From Blastocladiella emersonii ATCC 22665 (Eukaryota; Fungi; Blastocladiomycota), in contig JANHCV010000002.1 of assembly GCA_025594325.1 (NCBI GenBank), positions 372,001 to 436,000 of the forward strand: a stretch of 64,000 bases of DNA, in the 5' to 3' direction. Under the pieces are notes generated by a model, which did not search any database, was not told where the DNA came from, and was given only the letters and a program-made list of their open reading frames with translations. Both the position numbers and the translations under genes were made by a program. This document shows, one piece after another, positions 53,026 to 64,000 of this stretch. Every line of letters starts with the position of its first letter. Positions within the stretch are counted from its first letter, which is position 1.

Positions 53026-55899
53026 GGTGCCTTTCGGGGCAGTACTCATCCGTTGGCGGGGAGAAGCGGTAAGACGGGAGCGAAGCGACGCGTTGTTCGT
53101 GCGGCGTGACCTCGGAACTATGGACTCCGATCAGAGACAAAAGCCAAGTCGCGTTTTTCGGACACGTTCCGGACGCGTTCGGAAAGGGTTTTGTCGCGCG
53201 CGTGACCGAACGCGTCTGCGGTGCGTTCGAAGTTTTTCCGCTCCTCTCTGAGCAGGCAGGACGAGCGACCACCGCCGCGCGGCGACGCTCGCTCCCCCTT
53301 GCACTCACTCGCTCAGTCGCCCATGGATCTCGTACAGCGTAAATGATATGAATCTTCATGGATGATCGTCGAGATGCTGAGCTTATGTCTACTGCGGGCT
53401 GCGTGGCGTTCTGATCCCGCCTCCCCAAGCGTGGGGGCACCAAGCAGCGGCCGACTCTCCGCAACGGCCTCGCGCCTGGTTCTTGAGAAGTTATGGCTCC
53501 ATGAGTGGTCACGAACGCGTCGGCGGGTTGCACCGTGCTGCCCGGGTCGCTCGCCAGCGCGGATCGGACGACGCGCCACTTCTTGAGCCATGTTGCGAAG
53601 ACCGCTGCGGTCGTGAACGAGCGCCGCGCCCGAGCTGACCTTCGTAGCACAAGTGACCGTGTCTCGCTCGTCTGGGCTCGCTCGAACAGACTGCGTGCGT
53701 GCGACGGCGACGGGTGGCGCCCGCTTCGTGGGAAGCGTGGAGGGCTGCGCGTGACGGCAGCCACTCGAGCGCTCGCGGCGCCGGCGGGCAACCCGGAGTG
53801 GAGGGCAGCAGCGACCACTTGTTAGCGTCTTCGCAAGCGCCAGCAACGTCGCTTGTAAGCTGGAGCGTCGGGGAACCTTATTTTGACGCGGCTGAGCCGG
53901 TACGCGGTACAAACATCGTACGCCGAGACCGTGTGTTCTTCTCCACGTCGCGAGCGATGTACACGACCGCGGAGGCTGCTCCCGCCGACGGTGACGCGCT
54001 ATAACGTTGCGGGCGAGCCTAAGCGGGTCCCCGCCGCTTCGATCTTGGCGCGCTCGTGTTGCAGCCAGCTCCAGTTGCTCCACATCACGCGAAGCGCTAC
54101 ATTTGTACCACGACGGAATCGGCGCGGACCTTGGTGGGTCCTTTGGCCGCGTATCGTCAAGGACGACCACGTACACGTGAACCGAGGCGGGGATGGTTTC
54201 TCCTGTGCGATTGCTGCAGCGACGCACGCCGTCGGGGCCAAGGAACTCACTGACCTAGCCGATCCGTACTCTGCCGAGCAGTCGTTCATCGAGCTTCAAG
54301 TCAAGTTCAGCAACGTTGTTGCCGATGCACCACGCACGCACTCGCCGCCGACCCGGCCGCTGCGAACCGCTCGCTGCTGTTCTGCATCTCCTTGCCCACG
54401 AACCTGGCCGCCGCGAGCTGTTAGCTGTTCCGCGTGCTCTCGCTCACGGGCATCAATCGATTTGAGCTGTCGGACCGCGCGTTTGCGATTTGGCGCCACG
54501 TGGTTGGATTGTACTCTCTCGCCGGCATCGTCGCGGAGCACCACGTCAACAAGGACCGCTTAATGTCTATAGTCATTAAGCATGCTCGCTCCGTCCTCAG
54601 GTTTCGCGGTCGAAACCCTCTAGGACAGCCACGAGAACCCCGTCGCGACCCGCTTCCGCTGAGCTGGCAACGCAGTGCCGCCCAATCCCTCGTACCTCGA
54701 CTCGCTTACACGATAAGCATCAGGTCATAGGTCATGCGCATTTCACAAGAGCACGCACGATCTCTACTTCTTCTCGGATCAGGGCCTCGCCCATACGTCC
54801 GCTCATCGTCTCCTTGTCTGTCGGATCCGTGCGAACGCGCTCGGATTCTCTTCATGGCCACGGCCATCGCCTTAGTCGGCGGTCATCGAGGCGGCTTCAA
54901 CGCGTTTTCTTCCCTCCTATTTGCGTCTGTCCTGCCGTAGATTTAAAACCGTGAAAGGTTAACCTTTTTTTAACTCCCGAAGACTTGAATAGAGTACCCA
55001 CGTACATCACTTGCACCACGCTCGAACCCGCAACGCCGCGATTAGTCAACGTGACCAAGGCGAGGCGCGTTGCGCCACATCGCCGTGTGAGGCGCGGTCC
55101 CAGGGACTTAAAGTGCTACGGGACGTATGCCGCGCTCGCGGCCAACGAGTCGGCGCTTCGCTTCATTGCAGCGTATTCCCGACGACCTGCTCACGCTACC
55201 CGCCGGCGCCGACGTCGCCGCCACGATGTACTCGCGATTGCGTGTCTCGTTTATGACTCGGCGACGCAAGCACTCTCGTGAACCCCTTCGCCAGCCCTGC
55301 GCATCCCTTCATCACTATCCGGGCTACGGAAACGCACAACGTGATGATCGAGGTCATGGTCGCGCTGAAGGTGAACAGCGCAACGGCGGTCACGGCCAAC
55401 ATGGTTGTGCACGACGAGCCCAACTCGGTCCTCCCCATCATATTCATAAATGGCTGCACTGACGAGTTTGTCGTCGCTCTCGCTATGCTGCTGCCGCCCT
55501 TCACAAACGGCGTGAACAGCGCCGTTTGTGAAGGGCGGCAGCGGCGAGACCGAGAATCGGCGGCGCTCGTCTTGCAAAGGGCCACGGCTCAGTTTGAAGA
55601 GCGCTTTGTCGACTACACCGCGCTTACTCGCAAGCGAGGCAATGAGGCGCGAGCGGCGAGCCCGGCGGCACCAACACTATGACGATGCAGTCCACTTGAC
55701 CAGGCCTCAACGGCGTTCGGCCGCCGCCAACGCTCCTCGGCGAGCTGTATTACAAGTGCCTTCTCGCGCGCGTCGAGCTAGAGTGGACGAACGTGCAGGA
55801 GATTGAGACTCTGCGACTAGCACCCGCTGCTGGTGCAGGTCCACGGCTCCCTTGCTGGCTCCCGCATTCGCCATGAAGCCATTCTCCCTCTCCAATTGT

Positions 55900-57830
55900 C
55901 ACGCTACGACAAGACAGTCGGGCAACCCTTGTACTTCGAAGCTCGTACTGAGGCGAGCGAAGAGTTGCGAGGTCGAAGCGTTGCTACGTTTTCTATCAGG
56001 GCAAGCACTTCCAATCCAACGGCCGGCCGGCGTCGCGCGGGCGCGCGTTGGTCGCGGTGGTCCTGCTGGTGCTGCTGCTCGGCCAGGTCCTGGTCCTTGT
56101 GCTGTGTGCGTCGTCGCGCTGCCCGTGAGCACGCCCGCGCCCAGCTTGACGCGCCAGCTTGCAGGCACCCGCGGTAGTGGCGCGAGTGGCTCGTCGCGCT
56201 GCTGCTCCTGTTGTTGCGGCTCGGCCGCCGCGGCAACGGCGCTCGTGAGTGACGACTGCTCCACGAGGTGCGAGACGTGCGGCAGCCACAGTCCGACGCG
56301 GACCTCGTGGTCCGCCAGAGACACGACCTGCACGACTATGGTACGCAGCAGCAGCGGCGACTGTAGTCAGGCGACGACCACATACCGCGCGCGGGGCTCA
56401 GTGGCGCGGGAGCTTGCGTCCGCCTCGGTTCGCGCCACGCACGCGCGGCACGCGGCGCGGGATCTTGGCCTCGATGGCGGCCTGGGCCGCGGCGCCGGCG
56501 GCGCGTTGCTGCTGCTGGTTTGGCGTCGCGGGCGCGATCTCGGGCACCTAGGCGTGCACTGGCTTCACGTACTAGTTGACGCCGTCGTTAAGCACCACGC
56601 ACGACTTGAGGCGGTGCAGCGACTCGGGTCCTACAAGCTGCCCGGCGAACCGCGTCGCGCTCGCGACAATCGCTTGTTCGAGCGTCGGTCCGTCCGCGAT
56701 CGCGCCGCCAACGAGGTCCTGCGCGGGTCGCCGCTGCTGCTCTGTCGCGGGCGATGAGACGCCGAGGAGCGACTTGACGCGGGTGACGACCAACGCGCGG
56801 ATCCCGCCGACCAGCTCAGCGACGCGGCCAGGCGCGTGGTTGGGGCACACGGCGTAATGCGCCTGCGAGTCGACCGCGCCGCACGTACACTTGTCGCCGT
56901 GCACGAACCGGGTCGGGTACAGCGCGTACTGGCCCTGGCGCGACGGCCGGATGCCCGTGGCCGCCTTGAGCGCGACTCCCGTCATCCCGTTCTGCTCTCG
57001 CAACGTCTCGCGGGCGAGCGGCTTGGTCCCGCCGTGGATCGCAAGCGACGTCGCGAGCCAGTCCACGCCGTCGGCGACCGCGTCGGCGCCCTGCAGCGTG
57101 CCCGTGACACCCGTACCGTCCTGCTGCTGCTGCGCGAGCACCATGGCCGCCCGCGTCGCGCACTCGGCCTTGAAGCGGCGCGCGATAAAGTTGCGCAGGT
57201 CCGAGCACACGGGCACGCCCTTGAAGTGCAGCGCGTGCGGTTCGGCGACCAGCGCACGGATACCCGGGCACACGCGCGCCGTGTCCTTGCCGCGGTCGCG
57301 CTCCGCCGCGCCCATGGACGTGAGCACGTCAGTCGTCATTTTGCCAAACTCGCCGTTGTGGCCCTTGACCCACTTGAGCGTCAGCGGGAGCCCGCGGCCC
57401 TCGAGCGCGACGCGCATCGCCGCCCACATGTCCGAGTACTGCGCGCGGATGTGCTTGCGCAGCTGCGTCTCGGCGGCTGCTGCAGATGCGTGATGGCGGC
57501 CGCAATGAGCGCCTGTGAGTTGATGAGCACGTGCAGCGCGGTGCACGGCACGGCGTGGTTCATGGCAAGCAGCAGCGCATACAGCTCTCTGCGCGTCGAC
57601 GAGTGTGGCCAGGGCGGCCACGAGCTGACGCGTACCACGCTGTCGCGACGGCGCAGCCCGTGGACTCGTGCAGCACTAGAGCAGAGCAGCGACGAACCGG
57701 CGTGTGCAGCACTGGAACGGGTCGGCAACGAATCGGAGCGCGTCGCGTGCGCGCGGGGGCGACGCGCGGGCGCGCTTCGACTCGGAACACAGGCGGTGCA
57801 TTCAAAGCTACACACGGTGCTTTGTCGTAC
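55900..57830 (-). mobile_element. Degenerate non-LTR retrotransposon (LINE-like) 3' remnant: RNase H + C-terminal CCHC knuckle, no RT or endonuclease
   Basis: RNase H motifs in order across frameshifts: VLHT[D]GS (~57693-57712, one base lost), SSTRRELYALLLAM, LINSQALI, LKWVKGHNGEFG..TD. Then VDWLATSLAIHG and CTCGAVDSQAHYAVCP. Boundaries approximate. Confidence 0.7.
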
Positions 57831-57869
57831 ACGGAAACAAGCCGGGAGCGTTCCCGTTTGACGATCAGT

Positions 57870-59290
57870 TGCTGCGCGCGACGACGCCGTGATGCGGAAA
57901 GCCACCGCTCCTCCTACGGCGGGCGGGGCACCCTTGCGCCGCCAGAACAAAGCAGCGAGATACCAGGAGCATCCTCAAAGTGTTGTGAACATCGAAGCCC
58001 ACTGCGGTGGCGTACACGGCCGAACGACGCGAGCGACGGGCGGGGACGTCGTCGACCCGCTTCCGCGGACGAGCGAGCGGTCGCGCTTCTCCACCGGCTA
58101 GCGCAGACCGACGAACGAGCGTATAGACGAAGGCTAGCGAGCGAGGAACGCCACCGTCTACCGATCGGGCACGGCGCGAGGCGACGTGGTGTTGCTGAAC
58201 GCCACCGCTTCTTTGGCGACATGCGGCGCACGGCACACCCTTACGCCACCAGCACGAAGCGGCGGGATACCGGGAGCGTCTCCAACACGTCGCGCCCGTT
58301 GAATCTCGCCGCCGTAGCGCACGCAGCCGATTGATGCGAGCGACGGGCGGAGACGTCACCGCTTCCCTTGCGACGCGCGGCGCACGGCGCGCTCTTGTGC
58401 CACCAGCACGGAGCAGCGAGATACCGGCAGCGTCCCCGACAGGTTGCGCTCGTCGAGCTCTGCTGCCGTAGCACACACGGCCAATCAACGCGAGCGACGG
58501 GCGGGGACGTCGCCGGCCTGCTCCTGCGGACGAGAGAGCGGTTGCACGTCCCAAAGGATCGGCGCAGACCGACGAACGAACGTACGGAAGCTAGACAACG
58601 AGCGGGGAACGCTACCACCCGCCGAACGGTCGCGGCGCGAGGCGACGCCATGGTGCGGAGCGACACCGCTCCTCTCGCTGCGCACGGTACGCGTTCTTGC
58701 GCCGCGAGCACGAAGCAGCGACGTACCGGGAGCGTCTCCAACATGTTGCGGTTCTCGAACACCGCCGCCGTCGCTCGCGCTGGCTGGCCGCGTGCGCGAC
58801 GGGCAGGGATGTCGCCGAGCCGCTCCCGCGAAAAAGCGAGCGGTCGCACGTCCCCAGCGGCTAGCGCAGACCGATGAGCGAACGCACGAAGGCAAGCCGG
58901 CGAGCAGGGAACGCTACCACCCTCCGAACGGTCGTGGCGCGAGACGACGGCGTGGTGCGGAACGCCACCGCTCCTCTCGCTGCGCACGGTACGCGATCTT
59001 GTGACGCGAGCACGAAGCGGCGACGCACCGGGAGCGTCTCCAACATGTTGCGCTCCTCGAACACCGCCGTCGTAGCACACGCGGCCTAATCGACGCGAGC
59101 GACGGGCGGGAACATCGCCGACCCGCTCCCGCGGACGAGCGAGCGGTCGCACGTCCCCAGCGACTAGCGCAGACCGACGAACAAACGTATGGAAGCAAGA
59201 CAGCAAGCGGGAAGCGCCACCGCCCGCCGATCGGACTCGGCGCGCGGAGCCACCGTGTCGCGGACCGTTTCCGCCGCGCTGCGCAACCCG
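57870..59290. repeat. Diverged tandem array, ~302-307 bp unit, about 4.5 copies
   Basis: An ACC(G/A)GGAGCGTCTCCAACA-like anchor occurs at 57962, 58269, 58423, 58725 and 59027 (spacings 307, 154, 302, 302). GCGCAGACCGA occurs at 58101, 58562, 58864 and 59167. Confidence 0.88.
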
Positions 59291-60111
59291 CCGCGTGCAC
59301 GGGCGCATGCAGTACGACGCAACGAACAGGGGAACCGGCTCGGGCAAGCATGGCGCGCGAGCTCGTCGCCATGACGGGTACGGCCAGGCGCGCGCGAGAT
59401 CGGACCGCCGTCAAGTCGTCGTCGCGCACGGGCGGTCGTGCTACTGCCGCAGCCTCAAGGACCAACATAACCGATACCTCGGACGTGTGCATACAGATAG
59501 GAGCGCATGCCGTCGGCGCTAGCGCGCGGAGTCGCTCGCGGACCGCGAACCGGCCAACTCTCGCTAGCGCGCACGCTGGCGTCTCATCTGACAGGCTCAC
59601 GATCAAGCAGTAGCAAGGGTAACGCAAGAAACTTCATGTATCATTCATTCGCAGCTGCATGGGAGGGGAGTAGAGAGCGTTACATGGCTGTCTCGCAGCT
59701 GCGGAGAGCGAGCGTGCGCTGCGAGACAGCTGGCCGCTTCAGGCAGGGGCGCGGAAAAACAAACGCGGCAGAAGGCGGCGAACGCGCCGATTGGCCAGAG
59801 GGGTTTTGTCAACCGCCACGTCGCGCGAATCGCGTTCCGAAAAGCGCGTTTGCTCATGTGGTGTGGCGCCGCTGAATGCTGATTGGTCGGAAACGTGTTC
59901 AGGACGCGAGCGGACGCGAAGACGCACGCGACTTGGCTTTTGTCCCCGATGCGCCGCCATACGGAACCACACGGGGGCGGGCGGCAAACGGCTGCGCCGC
60001 TGTGCTCGGCCGATCGATCTGATGAAGTCCGCCTGGCCACCCTCCCTCCCCCTCCCTCCAACAACACCGAGCCCACTCACTAGAGGGCAAAGTATACCCA
60101 TATCACATACC

Positions 60112-61806
60112 ATGCATCTGTCTTCCACGCGAGCCGCACCTCGCCGCAGCAAGCCCGCGCGGCTGCCCGTCCTCGCGGCGCTCGTCCTCGCCCTTCTCGT
60201 CCTCGTCGCGTCCCCGGCCACCGACGCCTCCCCGCTGTCGACGGCGCGCTTCCTGCGCAACCTGCCCGATGCACCCAGTACCGTCCCATTCCTGTCCCGC
60301 GCCAACGCGGCCGCGCTGCGCGTGGGCGCGTGGCTGACGTCGCCCGTCGACGGCGCGGCGTTCCGATACCAGCGCGCGCTGACGGGCGGGAGCGGCGCGT
60401 TCCAGTTCGATCTGACGTGCGACGCGCCCGCCGGCACGCCCTCAACCGGCCTCGGCGTGTGCGCAACCGCGGAAAAGGCGCTACAGCGTGCGGCGGCGCG
60501 GCTCGCGAGCGAGTGGGCGTTCCGGCGCACCGTGCGCGTTGCCGTGAGCCTGTTCCTGCCGAAACCCGACTCGGCGACGACGCTGGGCGTGGCGAACCCG
60601 TCGGCGCGGTTCCCCGTGCGCCACCGCGACGACAAGGCCGTGTACCTGTACCCGACGGCGCTGCTCAAGCAGGGCGACTGGCCCGAGATTGACAAGGGCC
60701 AGGTCGAGTGGCCGAGCTACGATATTCTCGCGCAGTTCAACTCGGCGCGCGACTGGTGGGTCGCGGACGCGGGCGCGCCGATCGCGCAGACGCAGCGCGA
60801 CCTTGAGCTCGTCATGACGCACGAGCTGCTGCACGGGCTCGGGCTCGGCGACGACACGCTCATGGCGACGCCCGTCACCTCCCAGACCCCGCTGCGCCTC
60901 GCGCCGCTGTGGGACTCGACGCCCGCGTCGGTCCAGCCGCCGCCCATGGATACCCCGAGCCAGCTGACGTGGGCGGGCGACGACTTTTACCGGTTCACGG
61001 CGCCGTCGATCTGGAACCGGTTCACGGTCCTCGACGGCCGCCCCGTCGCCGCGCGCACCGCGCCGCTCGCCGCCGCCTTCACGCGCCTCACGCAGTCGGG
61101 CAAGCTGACGTCCACGTCGACGTCCGGCCGCACCGAGGGCAACGTGCGGTACGCCGCCGTCGACGTGCTGAACGCGCTGCTCGCCGACAAGCCGAGCGAG
61201 GCGCTGATGGCGGATCTCGGTAAGCTGGCCACGACGCCCGGCGCGCTCGTGTTCGACGCTGCGGCCTGGCCGCCTTCGGCCGCCCGCGTCTCGGGCGTCC
61301 CGCGCATCCAGCTCGAAACCGCCGCGGCGTACTCGGCAGGCACCTCGCTCGTGCACCTGGCCGCGTCCGCGTCGGCCGACGGGCCCGACTTTCTCATGAC
61401 GGGCCGCGTGCGCACGGGGACCGACTTCAACGCGACGATCGGCGCGCTGCGCGCGCCCGCGTCCGGGATCGGACCGCTCGCCAAGGCCATGGTCACCGCG
61501 CTCGGGTACACGCCGCGGCCCGCGGCGGGGAAGAGCGTGCAGTACACGGAGTTTGCCAAGCACGCCGATCTCCTGCCCGAGGCACTCCGCGAGCCGTCGG
61601 CGACGCGCGCGGTGCCGGGCGCGCCCGACGATGCCGCCGCGGGATCGACGTCGCAGGCCAAGAGCGTGCCCGGCAGCAGCGGCGACAAGGCGGACGGGAC
61701 GCAGAAGGCGAGCTCGCCCACTTCGGCGGCGGCGGGATCGCGCGGGTCCGTCAAGGTCTGGACCGCGATCCTGGTCTTGGCCGTGATGGCCATCGCGTCG
61801 TCATAG
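60112..61806 (+). CDS. Secreted, possibly GPI-anchored or membrane-anchored, zincin-like metalloprotease (about 564 aa)
   Basis: Hydrophobic signal (LPVLAALVLALLVLVA), YLYPTALLKQ, YDILAQFNS, THELLHGLG (HExxH), Ser/Ala spacer and hydrophobic C-terminus (VWTAILVLAVMAIASS). ATG at 60112. Confidence 0.8.
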   Translation: MHLSSTRAAPRRSKPARLPVLAALVLALLVLVASPATDASPLSTARFLRNLPDAPSTVPFLSRANAAALRVGAWLTSPVDGAAFRYQRALTGGSGAFQFDLTCDAPAGTPSTGLGVCATAEKALQRAAARLASEWAFRRTVRVAVSLFLPKPDSATTLGVANPSARFPVRHRDDKAVYLYPTALLKQGDWPEIDKGQVEWPSYDILAQFNSARDWWVADAGAPIAQTQRDLELVMTHELLHGLGLGDDTLMATPVTSQTPLRLAPLWDSTPASVQPPPMDTPSQLTWAGDDFYRFTAPSIWNRFTVLDGRPVAARTAPLAAAFTRLTQSGKLTSTSTSGRTEGNVRYAAVDVLNALLADKPSEALMADLGKLATTPGALVFDAAAWPPSAARVSGVPRIQLETAAAYSAGTSLVHLAASASADGPDFLMTGRVRTGTDFNATIGALRAPASGIGPLAKAMVTALGYTPRPAAGKSVQYTEFAKHADLLPEALREPSATRAVPGAPDDAAAGSTSQAKSVPGSSGDKADGTQKASSPTSAAAGSRGSVKVWTAILVLAVMAIASS

Positions 61807-61977
61807 GCGCACCCTAGCTTCCTTATCTGTAGTGAAAATCGGATACCCCTCAGTATTGTAGCGAATAGCATATCGTATCTTTCCCCCCTTCTCTCGTGAA
61901 TGGCATGGCGCGTGTATGAGTGAATGATGATGGCGTGCAACTAGTGAAGCGTGTGATGGTATGAATGGGGAAAGTGA

Positions 61978-64000
61978 TCATGGTGCTGGCGGCGTAGTCG
62001 ACTCAGCCTCGGACGCGGCCATGCTCGCGATCGCGGCCAGGACACCGACGTGCATCTCCTCGACCGACGGCAGGATCTGCTCGGGCGGCAGCAGGAACCC
62101 GTACTCGCCAATGTCGCGGAGCTATGAGAAGGTGCAGGGTGAGCGGCGACGGCGGCGCGATGGTCTCGGGCGCGGCGTAGCGTACCTCGACGGCGAACGA
62201 GTACGTGACGTTGGCCTTCTGGAACATCCAGTCGGTGCCTGACCCGCTCGTCTACACGAACACAGAGTGAGCAACCGCAGCACTGCCGCCCTCCCCAGTC
62301 GCTCGCTCTCATACCGGGTAGATGGTCTTGCACACGTCGCCCGTGACAAACTCCATGCCATGGACCGAGTACACGCCGTCGGCGCCCGCGACCGCGGCTT
62401 TCGCGAGCCGGGGCTGCGCGGGGAACGAGTCTTCGCAGTTGTACCCGTACGGGTACATCCACAGGAGGCTGTAGCTGTGGGTGTCGAGGGCGAACTGGAG
62501 CGCGCCGCCCGTCTCGCGCTGGAAGGCGGTCACGAAGTTGACGATGGCCGTGGCCTCGGGCGAGCTGCCGGGCGCGGTCCCGCGGAACGTGTCGTCGCAC
62601 GCGTCGGGGGAGGAGGCGTACAGGTCGAGCGGGTCGCTCCATTCGTCGGTCGGGAAGCTACACGGTGCGGGAACGAGTGAGGGTCGGTGGTCACGGTCAC
62701 CATGGTGCTTGGGAAGCATACTTGCGGTTGATGTCGACGCCCATGCACTCGTCAGCGTAGACCTCCGTGTTCTTGCGCCACTACACCCGCGAGCCGCGCG
62801 TCAGTTCAACCCCAACAGGCAATCGGTCGGCGAGCCACGTACCAAGCGGTCGAACGCGAACGAGTACTCGTACCCGTCGGGGTTGAGCATGGGCGCGATG
62901 ATCAGCTCGTACGTGTCGAGGAGCGCCGTGACGTGCGGGTCGGTCCCGTACAGCGCAGCCCACACGTCGAGCAGGTTCAGCAACACCGACTACAACGTGT
63001 TCGAGCGAGATTTAGCCACCAGCCAGCGAACCAGTCCTCGTGCGTGCGCGTACCGGCGCAATCCACTCGCGCGCGTGCAGCCCGCCCGAGAAGAAGATCG
63101 CCGGCTTCCCCGTTTTCGGGACCGTGACGCCGCTGACGTTCATGGACCCGAGATCTCGCACGGGCGGCGCCGTGAGCCGCGCCCACAGCAGGTCGCGGCC
63201 CTCGTACGACTTGCCCATGGACGCGACCGTGACGAGGTCGGGTTTGGCCGCGGCGAGCCGCGCGAGGTACGCCTTCATGTCGGTGAAGTTGAGGTACCGG
63301 CCGGCGAGGTTGGCGGCGGCGCCGGCCGAGGTCCAGTTAAGCGCTGGGCGGACGGTGGGTTCCGGACGCGGCGAGGCTGTGGTGGTGGTGGAGGAGGTGC
63401 CGCCGTCGGTCGCGGTCTCGGTCTCGGTCGCCGTATCCGTCTCGGTGGTGGTCGATGACGAGCCCGTCGCGGTGGGATCGGGGACGGTCCGCGACCCGTC
63501 GCCGTCGGTCGACGTGGGCGACGGAGACGGCGAGCCCGAGGTGACGCTGGCGGATTGATATCGCCGCGGCGCGACGCGGGACGAGGTCGCGGGTGGCGGC
63601 TGTCCCGCGCACGGCAGCGAGCTGGATGAGGAGCCAGGCAGTGGCGTCGGGTCGACGACGGGCGTGGCGATAGTCCACGACGCGGACGCGCGTGAGGTGG
63701 CGACGACCGAGAACGCGGTCGTAGTCCCGGGCAGCACAGGAGCCGTCGCGACGTCGGCAAGCACGTCGGCGAATGCGCGCGTCGCGAAAGTCCCTACGGC
63801 GGCGACCTGCACGTCCGGGATGAGCGTGTGGTACTCGGCCTCGGGGAAGCGTTCGCGGACGACGGCGAGCAGGTCGTCGCACACAAGGAGATCCATTTCG
63901 ACCGATGCGCTCTCGGCATCCTCGTCGTCGTCCTCGGGCTCCTCGCTCGGCGAGCGGGGACCGATCCGACCGCGGCGAGGGCGAGCGCGGGTGCGAGGTC
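61978..64000 (-). CDS. Zinc carboxypeptidase, M14A family (5' end beyond the window; at least 5 introns)
   Basis: Introns 62990-63053, 62781-62842, 62658-62721, 62252-62314 and 62122-62185 join GKSYEGR, GLHAREWIAP, PMLNPDGYEYS, WRKN, GVDINRNF, DTHSYS, TIYPTSGSGTDW and AVELRD..EYGFLLP. Zn ligands and catalytic Glu are present. Stop at 61978-61980. Confidence 0.93.

Noticed and set aside
57870-59290. Tandem array as a CRISPR array or a repeat-protein gene
   Set aside because: Units are ~300 bp and diverged throughout, with no short invariant repeat plus unique spacer and no cas genes. Unit lengths break the reading frame.
1-64000. rRNA, tRNA, snRNA or prokaryotic features
   Set aside because: No T-loop/D-loop tRNA pattern, rRNA signature or operon structure found by eye; spliceosomal introns indicate a eukaryotic nuclear locus. 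tRNAscan-SE and Infernal were not run.

Overview
Eukaryotic genomic DNA, very GC-rich, with short (58-86 nt) GT-AG introns; gene content and style suggest an early-diverging zoosporic fungus, probably Blastocladiomycota (inference, not verified). Conserved single-copy genes with near-saturated GC3: a CDKN3-like dual-specificity phosphatase, mitochondrial uS11, TTC27/EMW1, an ABC1/ADCK kinase, a WNK kinase, a probable BAR/Arfaptin-like protein, Tudor-SN, BRAP/ETP1, a secreted HExxH metalloprotease and an M14 carboxypeptidase. These alternate with fast-evolving accessory blocks at about 2.5-9.5 kb, 30.8-36.4 kb and 41.9-59.3 kb. The blocks hold five copies of an F-box-like/LRR family (two intact, three disrupted), three metacaspase loci (two intact, one fragment), F-box-like/ankyrin-like genes, four tandem copies of an orphan secreted protein (one intact), an RNase H-bearing LINE-like remnant and a ~302-bp tandem array. 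Most notable: a fixed-spacing composite motif ACGCGTC-N4-TATCATGTGA 80-85 bp upstream of four F-box/LRR paralogs; metacaspases clustering twice with LRR/ankyrin genes; and a metacaspase with a C-terminal 5x19-aa Gly/His/Trp/Tyr repeat. No rRNA, tRNA or CRISPR features were seen. All family assignments rest on motif recognition by eye; no database searches were run.
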